Positions 25,201 through 35,340 of a DNA stretch of 49,588 nucleotides are shown piece by piece. The stretch's first letter is position 1. Each line of letters opens with the position of its first letter. The translations under genes and the position numbers were made by a program. The stretch comes from Octopus bimaculoides (taxonomy: Eukaryota), in contig NC_068985.1 in assembly GCF_001194135.2 (NCBI RefSeq), positions 76,728,453 through 76,778,040 on the forward strand, read 5' to 3'. Below the pieces are notes generated by a model. That model saw only the letters and a list, made by a program, of their open reading frames with translations. It made no database searches and had not been told where the DNA came from.

Positions 25201-28200
25201 CACCAACTCGCCACCTTAATAATAATAATCCTTTCTACTGAAGGCACAAGGTCTGGAATTTGGTGGGGAGGGAACTAGTTGATTACACTGACCCCAGTGT
25301 TTCACCAGTAATTTATTGACCCTGAAATGATGAAAGGCAAAGTCAACCTCAGCAGAATTTGAACTCAGAACACAAGGACAGACAAAATGCCACTAAGCAT
25401 TTTGCTCAGCATGCTAACGATTCTGCCAGCTCCCCACTTTACTACTAATAATAACAATCATTTCTTCTAAAGGAACAAGGCCTGAATTTTGCGGGGAGGG
25501 GGCCAGTCGATTAGATAAACCCCAGTATGCAACTGGCACTTAATTTATCGACCCCAAAAGGATGAAAGGTAAAGTTAACCTTGGCAGAATTTGAACACAG
25601 AACATAATGACAGACGAAATGCCACTAGGCATTTTGCCCAGCATGCTAACAATTCTGCCAGTTCACCTCAGGGTTTCATTAGTACTTAATTTATCAACCC
25701 CAAAAGGATGAAAGGCAAAATCAACCTCGGTAGAATTTGAACTCAGAACATAAGATGAACGGAATACTACTGAGCATTTTATTTGGCATGCTAACAATTC
25801 TGCCAGCTTGCCACCTTCATCATAATAATAATAATGATAATAATAATAATAATAATGATAATCCTTTCTACTAAAGGCACAAGGCCTGAAATTTCAGGGG
25901 AAGGGACTAGTCGATTATATCGACCTTAGTGTTTCACTGGTACCTCTAATTTATCGACCCTGAAAGGATGAAAGGCAAAGCCGACCTCAACGGAATTTGA
26001 ACTCAGAATGTAAGGACAGACAAAATGCCACTAAGCATTAGCCTGGTGTGCTAATGATTCTGCCAGCTCACCGCCTTCTTCATAATAATAATAATCTTCA
26101 ATCTCTCTGGTACTCATATGAACTTTCGTCTGTCTTAAAAAATGACAACATAATAATACTGACATTGGCACAGAGCAACACCAAATGACTAAACATTGTG
26201 CAGGGGTAAGCTGAAAAGCTAAGGAATTATACTAACCTAGCTGTTTAATTGTGGAAGCACATGACCTAGGGGTTAGAGCAGCAGACTCGTGGTCGAGGGA
26301 TTGCAGGTTCGAATTTCAGACCAAGCAATGTATGTGTTTATGAGCAAAACACCCAAGCTCCACACAGCTCCGGCAGAAGGTAATGGCAAACTTCTGCTGA
26401 CTCTTTCGCCACAATTTTCTCTTGCTCTTTCCTCCTGCATCTAGCAACTCACCTGCAATGGACCAGCGTCCCATCCAGGTGGGGAACCTATATGCCAATG
26501 AAACCAGGAAACCAGCCCTTATGAGCCAAGCATGGCTCGAGAAGGAACAAACAACAGCTGTTTAAGTAAAAACATGGTGAACTAGGCGCAACTGAACTGA
26601 TACACAACCATTTCTGTAAGGACACTGACAAATTACCAATAAAGGTAGATACAGGCACATTCAAGAAAATAGCAATACTAGGATCTGTTAATACTGTTTA
26701 AAATTTTCACACAGTATTTGTTAACCATAAACATATTTCTTAGTCTCAAACATTCTCATTAACTCTGAATACTTCTATACATATTTTCCATTAAACATAT
26801 TCACTAGCAATGGAGATTTTAGTTAATTAAAGGTTAACATTGTTGTTAACCTTAAAACATTTCTATTTCTGATTTAGGCACAGGGCCTGCAATTTGGGGG
26901 GAGTGGCAGGGGTAGATTACCCCAGTACTAAACTGGGACTTTATTTTAACAACTCCAAAATCATGAAAGCAATATGTCCAAAGTATAACTAACTCTTGTT
27001 TCAAGAAATATTTTTCTGACCCCTGAAAGAATGGAAAGTAAAGTTGACCTTGATGGAATTTGAACTCAGAAGACCTAAAACTTGGGGGAGGGGATAGTCA
27101 ATTATAATCAACTCCAAGAGTTGCACTGTATTTTATTTTATTGACCCCGAAAAGAATGAAAGGTAAAGTTAATTTAAGTGAGCTTTGAACTCAGAAATTT
27201 AAGAGTCAGAAGCCAGAACAAATATTGTAACAATACATAATTTCTGATTAGACACAGGGCCAGCAATTCTGAGGGGAAATGAGGGTAGATGACCCCAGTA
27301 CTAGACTGGTACTTTATTTTAACAACTCCAAAAATATGAAAGCCAAAGCTTGACCACCTTGAGATTTGAATTCAGAATATACAAAACCAAAACCAAAAAC
27401 AAACAAAAAATCATCAAAGGTATTTTTTCAACATTCAAACAATTTTGTCAGCTTGCCATCTTATTGATAATTATTCTTATTCTTTTTTTTTAAATTAAAA
27501 AAAAACATTTACAATAACAAATAATCTAAAAACATAGCATAAACAAACCTGGTTTGAGTCCATTAGTATCAGTATTGAAAACAGCTTTTCCCTTCTTGGG
27601 AGTGTTGAAATGCTTTGGGAAAACGTGTTCATCTGACAAAGGTGGTTTGATGTCTGATGCAGGAGGTTTGGGTAAAATTGGCTTTGGTAAAGATTTTGTG
27701 GTTGGTGTTTGTGGCTTTTGAACAAGGATAAGAGCATTTGAAGTAGGTGACATGATATACAGTGGTGGGGGGTTCAACACTAAGAGAGGAGTAGAAGAGA
27801 CTGCTGTTGATGTTAAGGTTCCTGGAGTTGTGGTTTGGTTAGGTAGTGCTTGTGTAACAACAGTAGGATTTTGTAGATTGGATGTGGTCCCATTTATTAT
27901 AACATGTGGCGATTGGGAAGAATAAACTTGACCGCCTTGTCCAACAAGTTCAGCAACAGGGGAATAAATCAGTGGGGATTTATTGGGATTTACCGTACAT
28001 GGTACCGAAACTGAAGGCAGATTTTGCCCTTCAAGAGAATTTATCCAGTTTTGCCGCATATTGACAGTCTGCGCTTGGCTGGTAGCATTCATTATAATCT
28101 GTTCTTGTTCATCATCATTCAAAATAGTTTGACTTGGGCTGTCAGCATTCAGAATGGTTTGATTTGGGCTCCCAGCATTTATGTTCTGATGTGGGCTGCC

Positions 28201-30213
28201 AGCATTCACTATGGTCTGACCAGGGCTCCCAGGATTTATAATGGTCTGACTTGGGCTGCCAGCATTCACTAGGGTCCGACCTGGGCTGCCAGCATTCATT
28301 ATAGTCTGACTTGGGCTGCCAGCATTCACTAGGGTCTGACTAGGGCTCCCAGCATTTATTATGTTCTGACGTGGGCTGCCAGCATTCATTATGTTCTGAT
28401 GTGGGCTGCCAGCATTCATTATGTTCTGATGTGGGCTGCCAGCATTCATTATGGTCTGATGTGGGCTGCCAGCATTCATTATGGTCTGATGTGGGCTGCC
28501 AGCATTCATTATGGTCTGATGTGGGCTACCAGCATTCACTAGAGTCTGACCTGGGCTGCCAGCATTCATTATGGGCTGACCTGGACTCCCCACATTCACT
28601 ATAGAGTGACCTGGGCTCCCAGCATTTGCTATAGTCTGAACTGGGCTTCCAGCATTCATTATGGCTTGACTTGGGATTCCAGCATTCATTATAACCTGAT
28701 TCTGACTATTAGGATTCATCATAATACGACCTTGGTTACCAGCATTTATCATAGTCCCAGCTGTGTTACGAGTATTCATTACATTTTGATTTGGTCTACC
28801 AGTATTCATTTCAGCTAGTCCTTGACAAACAGAACTAACTCTGTTCACTCTTTGGCCACTACCACTTATGGGTTGTTGTTGGCCAGCACTTCCATTTATC
28901 ATCTGTTCTTGGTCATAATTATGCAAGCCTTGCAACTGGTGGTCAGAACCCATTATCGTGGTACATTTGTCTAGGCCAATATTCATTACAGATTTCCTTT
29001 CACCACCAGAATTCCTTATAGATCTGATTTGGTTACTCTCATTCATTGCAATTTGCCCTTGGCTGCAGATATTGAGTAAGTTACCATCTATAAACTGCTG
29101 GCCCATATATGGAGGAGCATTTATGATGCTACATCCATTAGGTGTATCATTCTGCTTCAAAGAATTTAGCAAAACCTGTTCTTGAACGTTCTTATCCATT
29201 GAACTTGACCCACGGTTTTTCAGACCTGGCATTTGTTCATAAATGGCAGCCAGTCGATTTAAATTTTCTTGCTCAGTAATATTTACATTTAGACTTTCAG
29301 TCATCTCAAAGTTGGGACAATGCTGATCAAGAAGCTGAGGAACACACTGAGGAGGTGAAGCCTTATTATATTGATCCTCTATATTAAAAGTTTCTGGAAT
29401 ATTGTTAGGAGTGGATTCTTCGAAGCCATTCTTCAATGTTTCTTTAATGTTTTTTATATGAGAAATTTTAGAAGAACTAAAGTCCTCCTTACATATGGTG
29501 GGATACATATTTTTATTGTTATCTTCTTGTAAAATAGCCATCAAATCATCCAGTGTATTTTCTTGATTTAAAATGGCAAGATCACTCTGATTATCATTTT
29601 GATCAGGAGATCTTGAGCACTCTGAGAGTGTATATGGTGTACTTCGAGCACTGTCAGATTCATAATTTTCACCACTAACTGAAATTATTCCCCCATTTGT
29701 CACTGGAAAACTACTGCTGAGCCAAGGCTCATTCAATTCACAGGGTTTGCAAACAGGTCTTTGGTATTTATAGTATTGTACATCATGAGAATCATATGAT
29801 CGTTTAGATTTATTCTCAGTAAACACATGATCTTGGGAAGAGGCAAAATAAGCTTCATGAGTCCTTGAAAGACTGACTGGTACACCATTAGTTGGACCTC
29901 TTTTCAAGCTTTCACCTTTGTTCAAATTGTCATCGGTTTCCTCATCTGATTCTGATTCTTCTCCTGCAGAAGCTAATTCAACTGATTTCATTGAGGGATC
30001 TGATATAGTAAGATTTGAAAAATTCCTTTCGAGAACATCAGACTCAGAACCAACAGTTAATGAGTTTGGGGCTTTATATTCTTTAGGTTGTTCCTCTTCT
30101 TCACTAACATTACCCTCCTCACCAGAAAGAAACTGCTGGTCTCTTTCTAATGTCCTTTCTTCTGGTAATTTCCTAATTTCAGTCTTAGTTTCTTCTTTTG
30201 TCAATTGCCCCAT
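18279..30213 (-). CDS. Atypical/nuclear IkappaB-like ankyrin-repeat protein (IkBzeta/IkBNS/Bcl-3-like), 5 coding exons, 1140 aa
   Basis: Manual splice: join(27549..30213,22587..22786,21178..21267,19922..20033,18279..18634) = 2665+200+90+112+356 = 3423 nt, open throughout, intron phases 1/0/0/1, all GT-AG. C-terminal ankyrin repeats start DGNNYLHAAV, NQTPLYLAV, KRRSALHCAA, DGLTPLLCAI, RNGMTPLMHAI. The CAxxxH motif plus insertion in ANK4 and the DxRNG spacing before ANK5 match the IkB family as I recall it. Subfamily assignment is by recalled similarity only. Confidence 0.88.
18700..19330 (+). mobile_element. Decayed RTE LINE fragment in intron 4, antisense to the gene
   Basis: ORF 19118..19333 HDSKTW...RLERNEM...RKLHWYGQ matches the other RTE C-terminal remnants in this window. 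Confidence 0.75.
19922..20033 (-). CDS. Coding exon 4 (ankyrin repeat 3): KRRSALHCAATQGKEFNLTLKQLFESKKIDPNIKNSD(G)
   Basis: Acceptor ...aaacag| and donor GATG|GTAAGG. 112 nt, phase 0/1. Spacing from the preceding N-I-P-G-E fits the 33-aa ankyrin register. Confidence 0.9.
21178..21267 (-). CDS. Coding exon 3 (ankyrin repeat 2): TPLYLAVCYNKPAVVCELVRNGANPNIPGE
   Basis: Acceptor tttctttgtttttaaaatag| and donor GAG|GTAAGT. 90 nt, phase 0/0, canonical ankyrin pattern TPLxxAV...L...GA.PN. Confidence 0.92.
21992..22357 (-). mobile_element. CORE-like tRNA SINE (family B) in intron 2
   Basis: Reverse of gtggtaagtagcttgc...ggttcagtcccactgcgtggcaccttgggcaagtgtc (CORE-like accttgggcaagt); internal (ca/ta)n; spans a 10-N gap. 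Confidence 0.8.
22587..22786 (-). CDS. Coding exon 2 (ankyrin repeat 1): (G)TSHQTIARRCVASRTDEELLAIDSDGNNYLHAAVCVTDVNMVKALLERIKRIKKIEIINDCNSLNQ
   Basis: Acceptor ttgtttttcaag| and donor CAA|GTAAGT. 200 nt, open. Not present in the supplied ORF track. Confidence 0.92.
23094..23244. mobile_element. hAT (Charlie-like) MITE, 151 bp, in intron 1
   Basis: TIRs cagccatggacaa / ttgtccgtgcctg (11/13); 8-bp TSD atttaaac / atttaagc. Confidence 0.78.
23480..23675 (-). mobile_element. Family-C SINE copy
   Basis: aaagtcaaccttggcagaatttgaattcagaac...gattctaccagc. Confidence 0.75.
24205..24390 (+). mobile_element. Family-C SINE copy, inverted relative to its neighbours
   Basis: agaatcattag...ttctgggttcagatcctaccaaggttgacttcacc; older, diverged. 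Confidence 0.65.
25147..26080 (-). mobile_element. Head-to-tail cluster of at least 4 family-C SINE copies in intron 1
   Basis: Repeated aaaggcaaagtcaacct...agaatttgaactcagaac...tgctaacgattctgccagc units separated by (aat)n tails. Confidence 0.85.
26249..26555 (+). mobile_element. tRNA-derived SINE (family D) with 10-bp TSD
   Basis: tRNA-like head tgacctaggggttagagc...gcaggttcgaatt (A/B boxes); central cctgcaatggaccagcgtcccatccagg resembles a conserved SINE core domain as recalled; TSD agctgtttaa (26239-48, 26556-65). Confidence 0.8.
26870..27460 (-). mobile_element. Cluster of partial family-C SINE copies next to the exon 1 donor
   Basis: Repeated gaatttgaactcagaa / aaagttgacct / ggcacagggcc modules. 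Confidence 0.7.
27549..30213 (-). CDS. Coding exon 1 of IkB-like gene: 888-aa acidic/Q-N-S-P-rich disordered N-terminus
   Basis: 895-aa ORF in a window where no other intact ORF exceeds about 170 aa (longer track ORFs run through Ns). In-frame TGA 8 codons upstream of the ATG at 30213. Donor CCAG|GTTTGT at 27549/27548 (phase 1) joins in frame to exon 2. Confidence 0.9.
28065..28813 (-). repeat. Coding 30-bp minisatellite, about 25 units of consensus IMNAGSPHQT (18 Ser-Pro units at 28126..28660)
   Basis: Unit tgggctgccagcattcattatggtctgatg repeated on + strand; near-identical units in the centre (about 28370-28530), diverged at both ends; one unit is 27 bp. Confidence 0.95.
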
Positions 30214-30290
30214 TTTTTTTGCTTTGTTTTGTTTTCAAAATAATCACGTTGAAGTTGGTATGTAATACTTGAAGGTGTTAACCAAATAAA
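30214..30290 (-). other. 5'UTR portion of the large exon, implying at least one upstream non-coding exon
   Basis: Acceptor gccttcttttttaattgcag| ends at 30291, 77 nt upstream of the ATG; in-frame stop lies between them. Confidence 0.6.
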
Positions 30291-31949
30291 CTGCAATTAA
30301 AAAAGAAGGCAAAGATTAGAGATAACATGCAACTTAGGGACACTAAAAGAATACAATTTTTACTTAAAACATGACGCAATGTAACCAAAAAATTGTTACA
30401 AACAAATATACTAGCTAAAAAAAGGTTGAGATATGATTGCAACTTTCAAAACTGTGAAATACGACAAGAGGTACTTATCTTAATGCATAACTCATTTGTT
30501 AGTTAAGTAGTTAATTTACTTCTGAAATATTCTTCTCAACACAAAATTAAGCAATTGTCTAAGGAAGGACAATGCAATATAGTTCTAACTAAATATAATA
30601 TATTCTAAGAAACAATCCAACAGTCTATTCATAACGAACAGTATTTTATTTACTCAAAACTGTTAATAAGAAGACAAGAACTAGCAACACAAACAACTGA
30701 ACCAACTGAATAATATTATTGGAGAAAGAAAACTTCTATTTTATGCATTCATTACTATGAATTGCTTGAGGTATTTTTGCTTTCCTTTCACAATATTTAC
30801 CCCATACTGCAATCATAAACCATCACAGCTACTGTCACTTCTCACTGATCTACTTTCACTAACATGGCAAGATTTTTATAATTTTTATAGTAATTAAGAG
30901 TGGTAAATATTTATTTAGCAATTGCCTACTTTACCACCACTATTTCTTCTTCCAGAACTATATCATTTAGGCAACAGAATACAATTTTAGGAATTCTACA
31001 AACTTCACTATTTAGTTACAGCCTGGTCATTCTACAAATGAATATAGCACACTGAAAGTTGATTTTATGTAGTTTCACAGCAATCTGGTTACATCATTTG
31101 AGTGTACACTTTACATCTTATATACTATACACAATTTTTACAATGTAACTGAGATTTTGGTGTCTCTTACAATCAACTATATTATTGTAATGTCCACTAC
31201 ATTCAGAATTATTAACAGTAGCTATATTTTCTACAGCCTTAAGTTTGCCTCTGAAGTATGAACTTGATTTATCAATGTCACAAAGGACTCAAGATAAATG
31301 ATGAACAAGAAGTTTTGAGATTCAATACCTAAGTGGGATTCCTACCCATTATTAAGCCTCAAAAATGTGAAGTCATTTCCAAGTTTTTATCTCTCTCTCT
31401 CTCTGATGAAGAGACAGCCCTTGAAACCTCAGATTCCTCTTCTCTTTACAGCATACAAACTTAGCCAAATTCACAAACTTCACTATAATTCAGATTAATA
31501 TAGACCACAAGCAACACAGTAATATCAAGTGTCCTTTGTTTCCACACTTCTTTGATGGCCATTAAGAAATATTAACTTCTTGAGAAACAAGTTAGGGGTT
31601 GGTGAAAGGAAAGGCATACAGCCGTAGGAAATCAGCCTCAATGAAGTCCATCAGATCTGTGCAGGCATGGACAAGAACATTAAAATGATGATGATATATT
31701 ATGCACAATATATATATACATACAAATATACAGACATAGCATATACACACATTCAAAATATCTATACTTGGGTTTCTAGAACTTGATTTTGTGAGGATAA
31801 ATCCAAGACCTTACTATCAATTGATTTCTATATCAAGCACTTCAAATCAATTTTTGACCTTGATTGTACTGATTGCATATTTTTTCATTATTCATTAGTA
31901 TAGTCCAGTCATATTACAGATTGCCAGATGTTATGTTTATTGGCACACA

Positions 31950-32625
31950 GGCAAAGGCCAACTTGAATAACCACAATGTACTCCTGAAAAACTGCTACAA
32001 GCTTCTCAGTTTCCACTCTCAGTTTTTGAATAAGTAATCAACTTGAGCTTTTTGGGCCATTTTGGCAAATGTGTGTCCACAATTTAACATCATTTTCTAA
32101 AAGATAATATTTAAGCATGATAGTCCATTTTCTGAAAGAAATTCCTGAAAATGTTCAAATGGTGGTGTTTTAGTGGATTTTTGAAATTTGTGATTTCCAT
32201 TACAGCCAATTTATACTCTATATCTTGTCCTTTGATACTTTGATATTTGTCAAGTGAATGAGAATTTCCAAGACATATGTACAACTTTTTTGTTGCAGAT
32301 ATTAGTCTGACTATAGCAGGAGATCTCAGCTGTACAAAGATTGCTATTGAAAGTAACAATTATCTTCTCAGGAAAATCTTTTCAAACTTATTTAAAGACT
32401 TAGATGCTTGTAGTTTAAGAAGTATACCTACTCCACTAATTGATACAACAATAGTTTTTTCATGCAGAGGTACACAGAAGATTCTAAGCATTACCAATAT
32501 CATGATATTTGAGATCTAACTCATCATGAAGGAATCAATGTTCTTGAATACATATGACATTAATGTTGGAGGCAACTGCTCTCGCTGCTAACTCAGGAAG
32601 CTGATTGAATGCATTCATAATGTAA
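31950..32625 (-). mobile_element. Decayed LINE apurinic-endonuclease (APE) domain fragment
   Basis: Minus-strand reading QLPELAARAVASNINVICIQEH*...GVGILL; APE motifs with stops. Confidence 0.7.
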
Positions 32626-32632
32626 ACATTAA

Positions 32633-32855
32633 CCTTTTAACATCCGGATTACTATGTCAATTGTAATGCTTATTTATTCACATTGCTTTGAACTAATCAT
32701 GCATTATTATCTTGTAGCTTTGAGATATTGATGATTCGATTGTTTATTTTTAGACTGGCATAGTATGATAGATGTGAGAGGCTGGATCTGGCTGGTTTGA
32801 ACATAAAACAGGAAGAATATTTTGGCCAGACTTGGCCGGTTTAAATGGTAAAGGG
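32633..32855. mobile_element. Possible piggyBac-like MITE
   Basis: Ends ttaa-cctttt ... aaagggg-taa resemble TTAA|CCCTTT...AAAGGG|TTAA; degenerate. Confidence 0.35.
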
Positions 32856-33664
32856 GTAAGTGATGAAAATATCAGGGGACATATACATTTTAGTAGTTTT
32901 AGATTTGTTTGAATGTTTTTGCTCAGTAGTTTGCTTTTTTAACAATGTAGTAGATGCTGAAACCACAACAGAATGCTCTCCTTGATTGATCATGTGACAA
33001 CACAGGATAAACATCTACATGTTGATAACGTTATACAAAAAGACATCTATAATTACCAGTTCTATAGATGTTAGCAGTGGTTCAGCTTCAGAGTTAGGTG
33101 ATCCTGTCAATGTTGTTGCTATGATTCCATTTTTCAATAATCTTATTTTGTCATTGCTTAATTCTTCCACTGAAGCTATACATCCTGCCGGTTGCTTCCC
33201 AAGGTTTCTAATAGTCATTCTCATTTAGTATAATCACTTATTTCAAACATGCCCGGTGTCATTAGAATTGCTAGGAGTAAAAATCCTGCTGATATAGTTA
33301 TTTCAATCTTATGAATACGCAAACCCCACCACCATGACTTATAACTGTGATTTTCAGCAGTGGAGGCTGTGACTTCAAGTCTGAACAAAGATGTGGACTG
33401 CACAAACCATCATGAAAGTAGCCAACCAAAGAGAATAGTAACTCTGAATAAATACTTGCATGAGGGTGGGTAGACTTAGCCTCCATAAGCCATAGTGAGG
33501 GCAACTCATTTAAGAGAGTAGTAACTTTGAATAAAAATTAACACAGAGGAAACTTAAGTGCTGCAGACAAACTGATCAAACACAACCAATCAATGTTGTG
33601 AAGTACCAGCAGAAGGAAGATACCAGCTAGTAAAATGAGGCTGAAGTTAGATTTTTGTTTAGAG

Positions 33665-34746
33665 TTGGAGAAGTTGGAAATTCGTACAGTTTTGAAATAT
33701 GAGTTCTTTCTTGGGAATACAGAATTACAGACAGCTCGGAATATTAATGGAGCATTTCATTCTAATGTTATTACACAGCAGACAGTATCAAATTGGTTTG
33801 CAAAATTTCGTTCTGGTAACTTTGACCTCACAAATGAGCAACACGGTTGACCAGAAACAAAAGTGGATAATGACAAACTGAAAACCACCGTTGAGTCAGA
33901 TCCATCTCAAAGTATCCATGAATTATCGTTGTTTTCTGGTGTTAGCAAGCAAACAATATTGACACACCTAGTTCAAATCAGTAAAGTGAAAAAGGTGGAT
34001 AAGTGGGTTCCACATGAACTCAATGAAAATCAGAAACAGCAACGTTTAGAAGCCTGCATTACACTACTTTCTTGTCACAATAATGAATCATTTTTTAATC
34101 GAATTGTATCATGTGATGAGAAATAAATCCAATACAACAAGCATAAATGTTCAGCACAATGATTGGACAAAGACGAGCCACTAAAACATACCAAAAAGCA
34201 AAATTCATCAAAAGAAGCTGATGGTGTGTGTTTGGTGGTCTGGCGCAGGTGTGATCCATTATGATTTCATTAAACCGGGGTCATCAATCACAGCCCAAGT
34301 ATACTGCAGCCAAATGATGCAGAAACTTACAAAAAAACTGCCTAGATTAGTCAACAGATCCACTCTTATTTTATTGCAAGATAACATCAGACCACATATC
34401 ACAAAAATGACATTGGCGTAACTACAGTAGTTGGAGTTGGAAGTTCTCCATCATCCATCATACTCACCTTGTCTTGCACCCACTGACTACCACTTCTTCC
34501 AGAATTTGGATAACTTTGATAGGAAAAAAATTTAATTCCAACAATGCTGTAAAACAGGCCTTCCAAGATTTTATTGACTCTAGATTGCCAGGCTTTTACA
34601 GTTCCGGACTGGACAAGATACCACTGAAATGGCAAAAGTGTATTGACAATATGGGTGCATACTTTGATGAATAAAACTATTCCTTGTATTTATAAAACAT
34701 TAGTAAACTTTTTTTTCTTTTCTACAAATTTTATACTTGACAACCT
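33665..34746 (+). mobile_element. 5'-truncated inactive mariner (cecropia-like, distinct from the 4987 copy)
   Basis: Remnant KLEIRTVLKYEF...KWVPHEL...RIVSCDEK...VWWSGAGVIHY...LLQDNIRPH...APTDYHFF...WQKCIDNMGAYFDE* with stops and frameshifts; right TIR-like end ttatacttgacaaccta; no left TIR seen. Confidence 0.9.
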
Positions 34747-34749
34747 ACC

Positions 34750-35340
34750 TGTAATGCTAGAGCAGAGGTGTATAGATGTATGCAAGAGGTGGAATATAGG
34801 GAGCCTCAACCAAACTCCTAACAAGCAAAGAACACCAGTACAAATTCTTTGGTGTAGTAATAATACTGGTTTAGGTAGAGTAGGCATACATGTGAAAGAA
34901 AAATAAATAGTAACATGAGTGAAGTAGTCGGAACATGTTAACAGAATAGTTAAGCTTATACTACTTGTGGATAAAGCAACAGCAACAGCAATCATTTGTA
35001 CACCACAGTTCAGGCAGACAGATAAGCAAAAAGTCCTCTTGTGAACAATCTCAATAACAAATGACAGCAGCTTCGTTAACTTGACTGGTGATTTGAATGG
35101 ACAACTTGGATAGCACCATGAGGGGCACCCCAGAGTACATGGTGGCTATGGATATGGTTCAAGAAATGAAGAAGGATCAAGGTTTTTAGAGTTCTATGAA
35201 GCAAATGGGTCAACATTTGTCTACATGAATTTCGACTAACTAATCAGCTACTTGAACATTAGATAGACAGACAAGTCTTTCTCTGATGAAAAATGTGTCA
35301 TTCAACACAGGCTAGTGACCTTAGAATGAATGCTATATAA
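34750..35340 (+). mobile_element. Decayed RTE APE-domain fragment
   Basis: MLEQRCIDVC...WCSNNTGLGRVGIHV, resembling the RTE endonuclease N-terminus. Confidence 0.6.

Noticed and set aside
26249-26330. tRNA-like sequence
   Set aside because: It is the head of a SINE with body, tail and TSD; acceptor and T stems are degenerate.
27526-27548. ORF-track C-terminus GLFMLCF* of the 895-aa ORF
   Set aside because: Read-through into intron 1; a donor at 27548 joins in frame to the ankyrin exons.
28024-29185. Plus-strand ORFs with repeats such as GCQHSLWSDV
   Set aside because: Antisense shadows of the coding minisatellite in the real minus-strand exon.
33000-33530. Short minus-strand ORFs with a hydrophobic stretch (AGFLLLAILM)
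   Set aside because: Broken by stops and directly upstream of a LINE endonuclease remnant in the same orientation; most likely its decayed 5' region.
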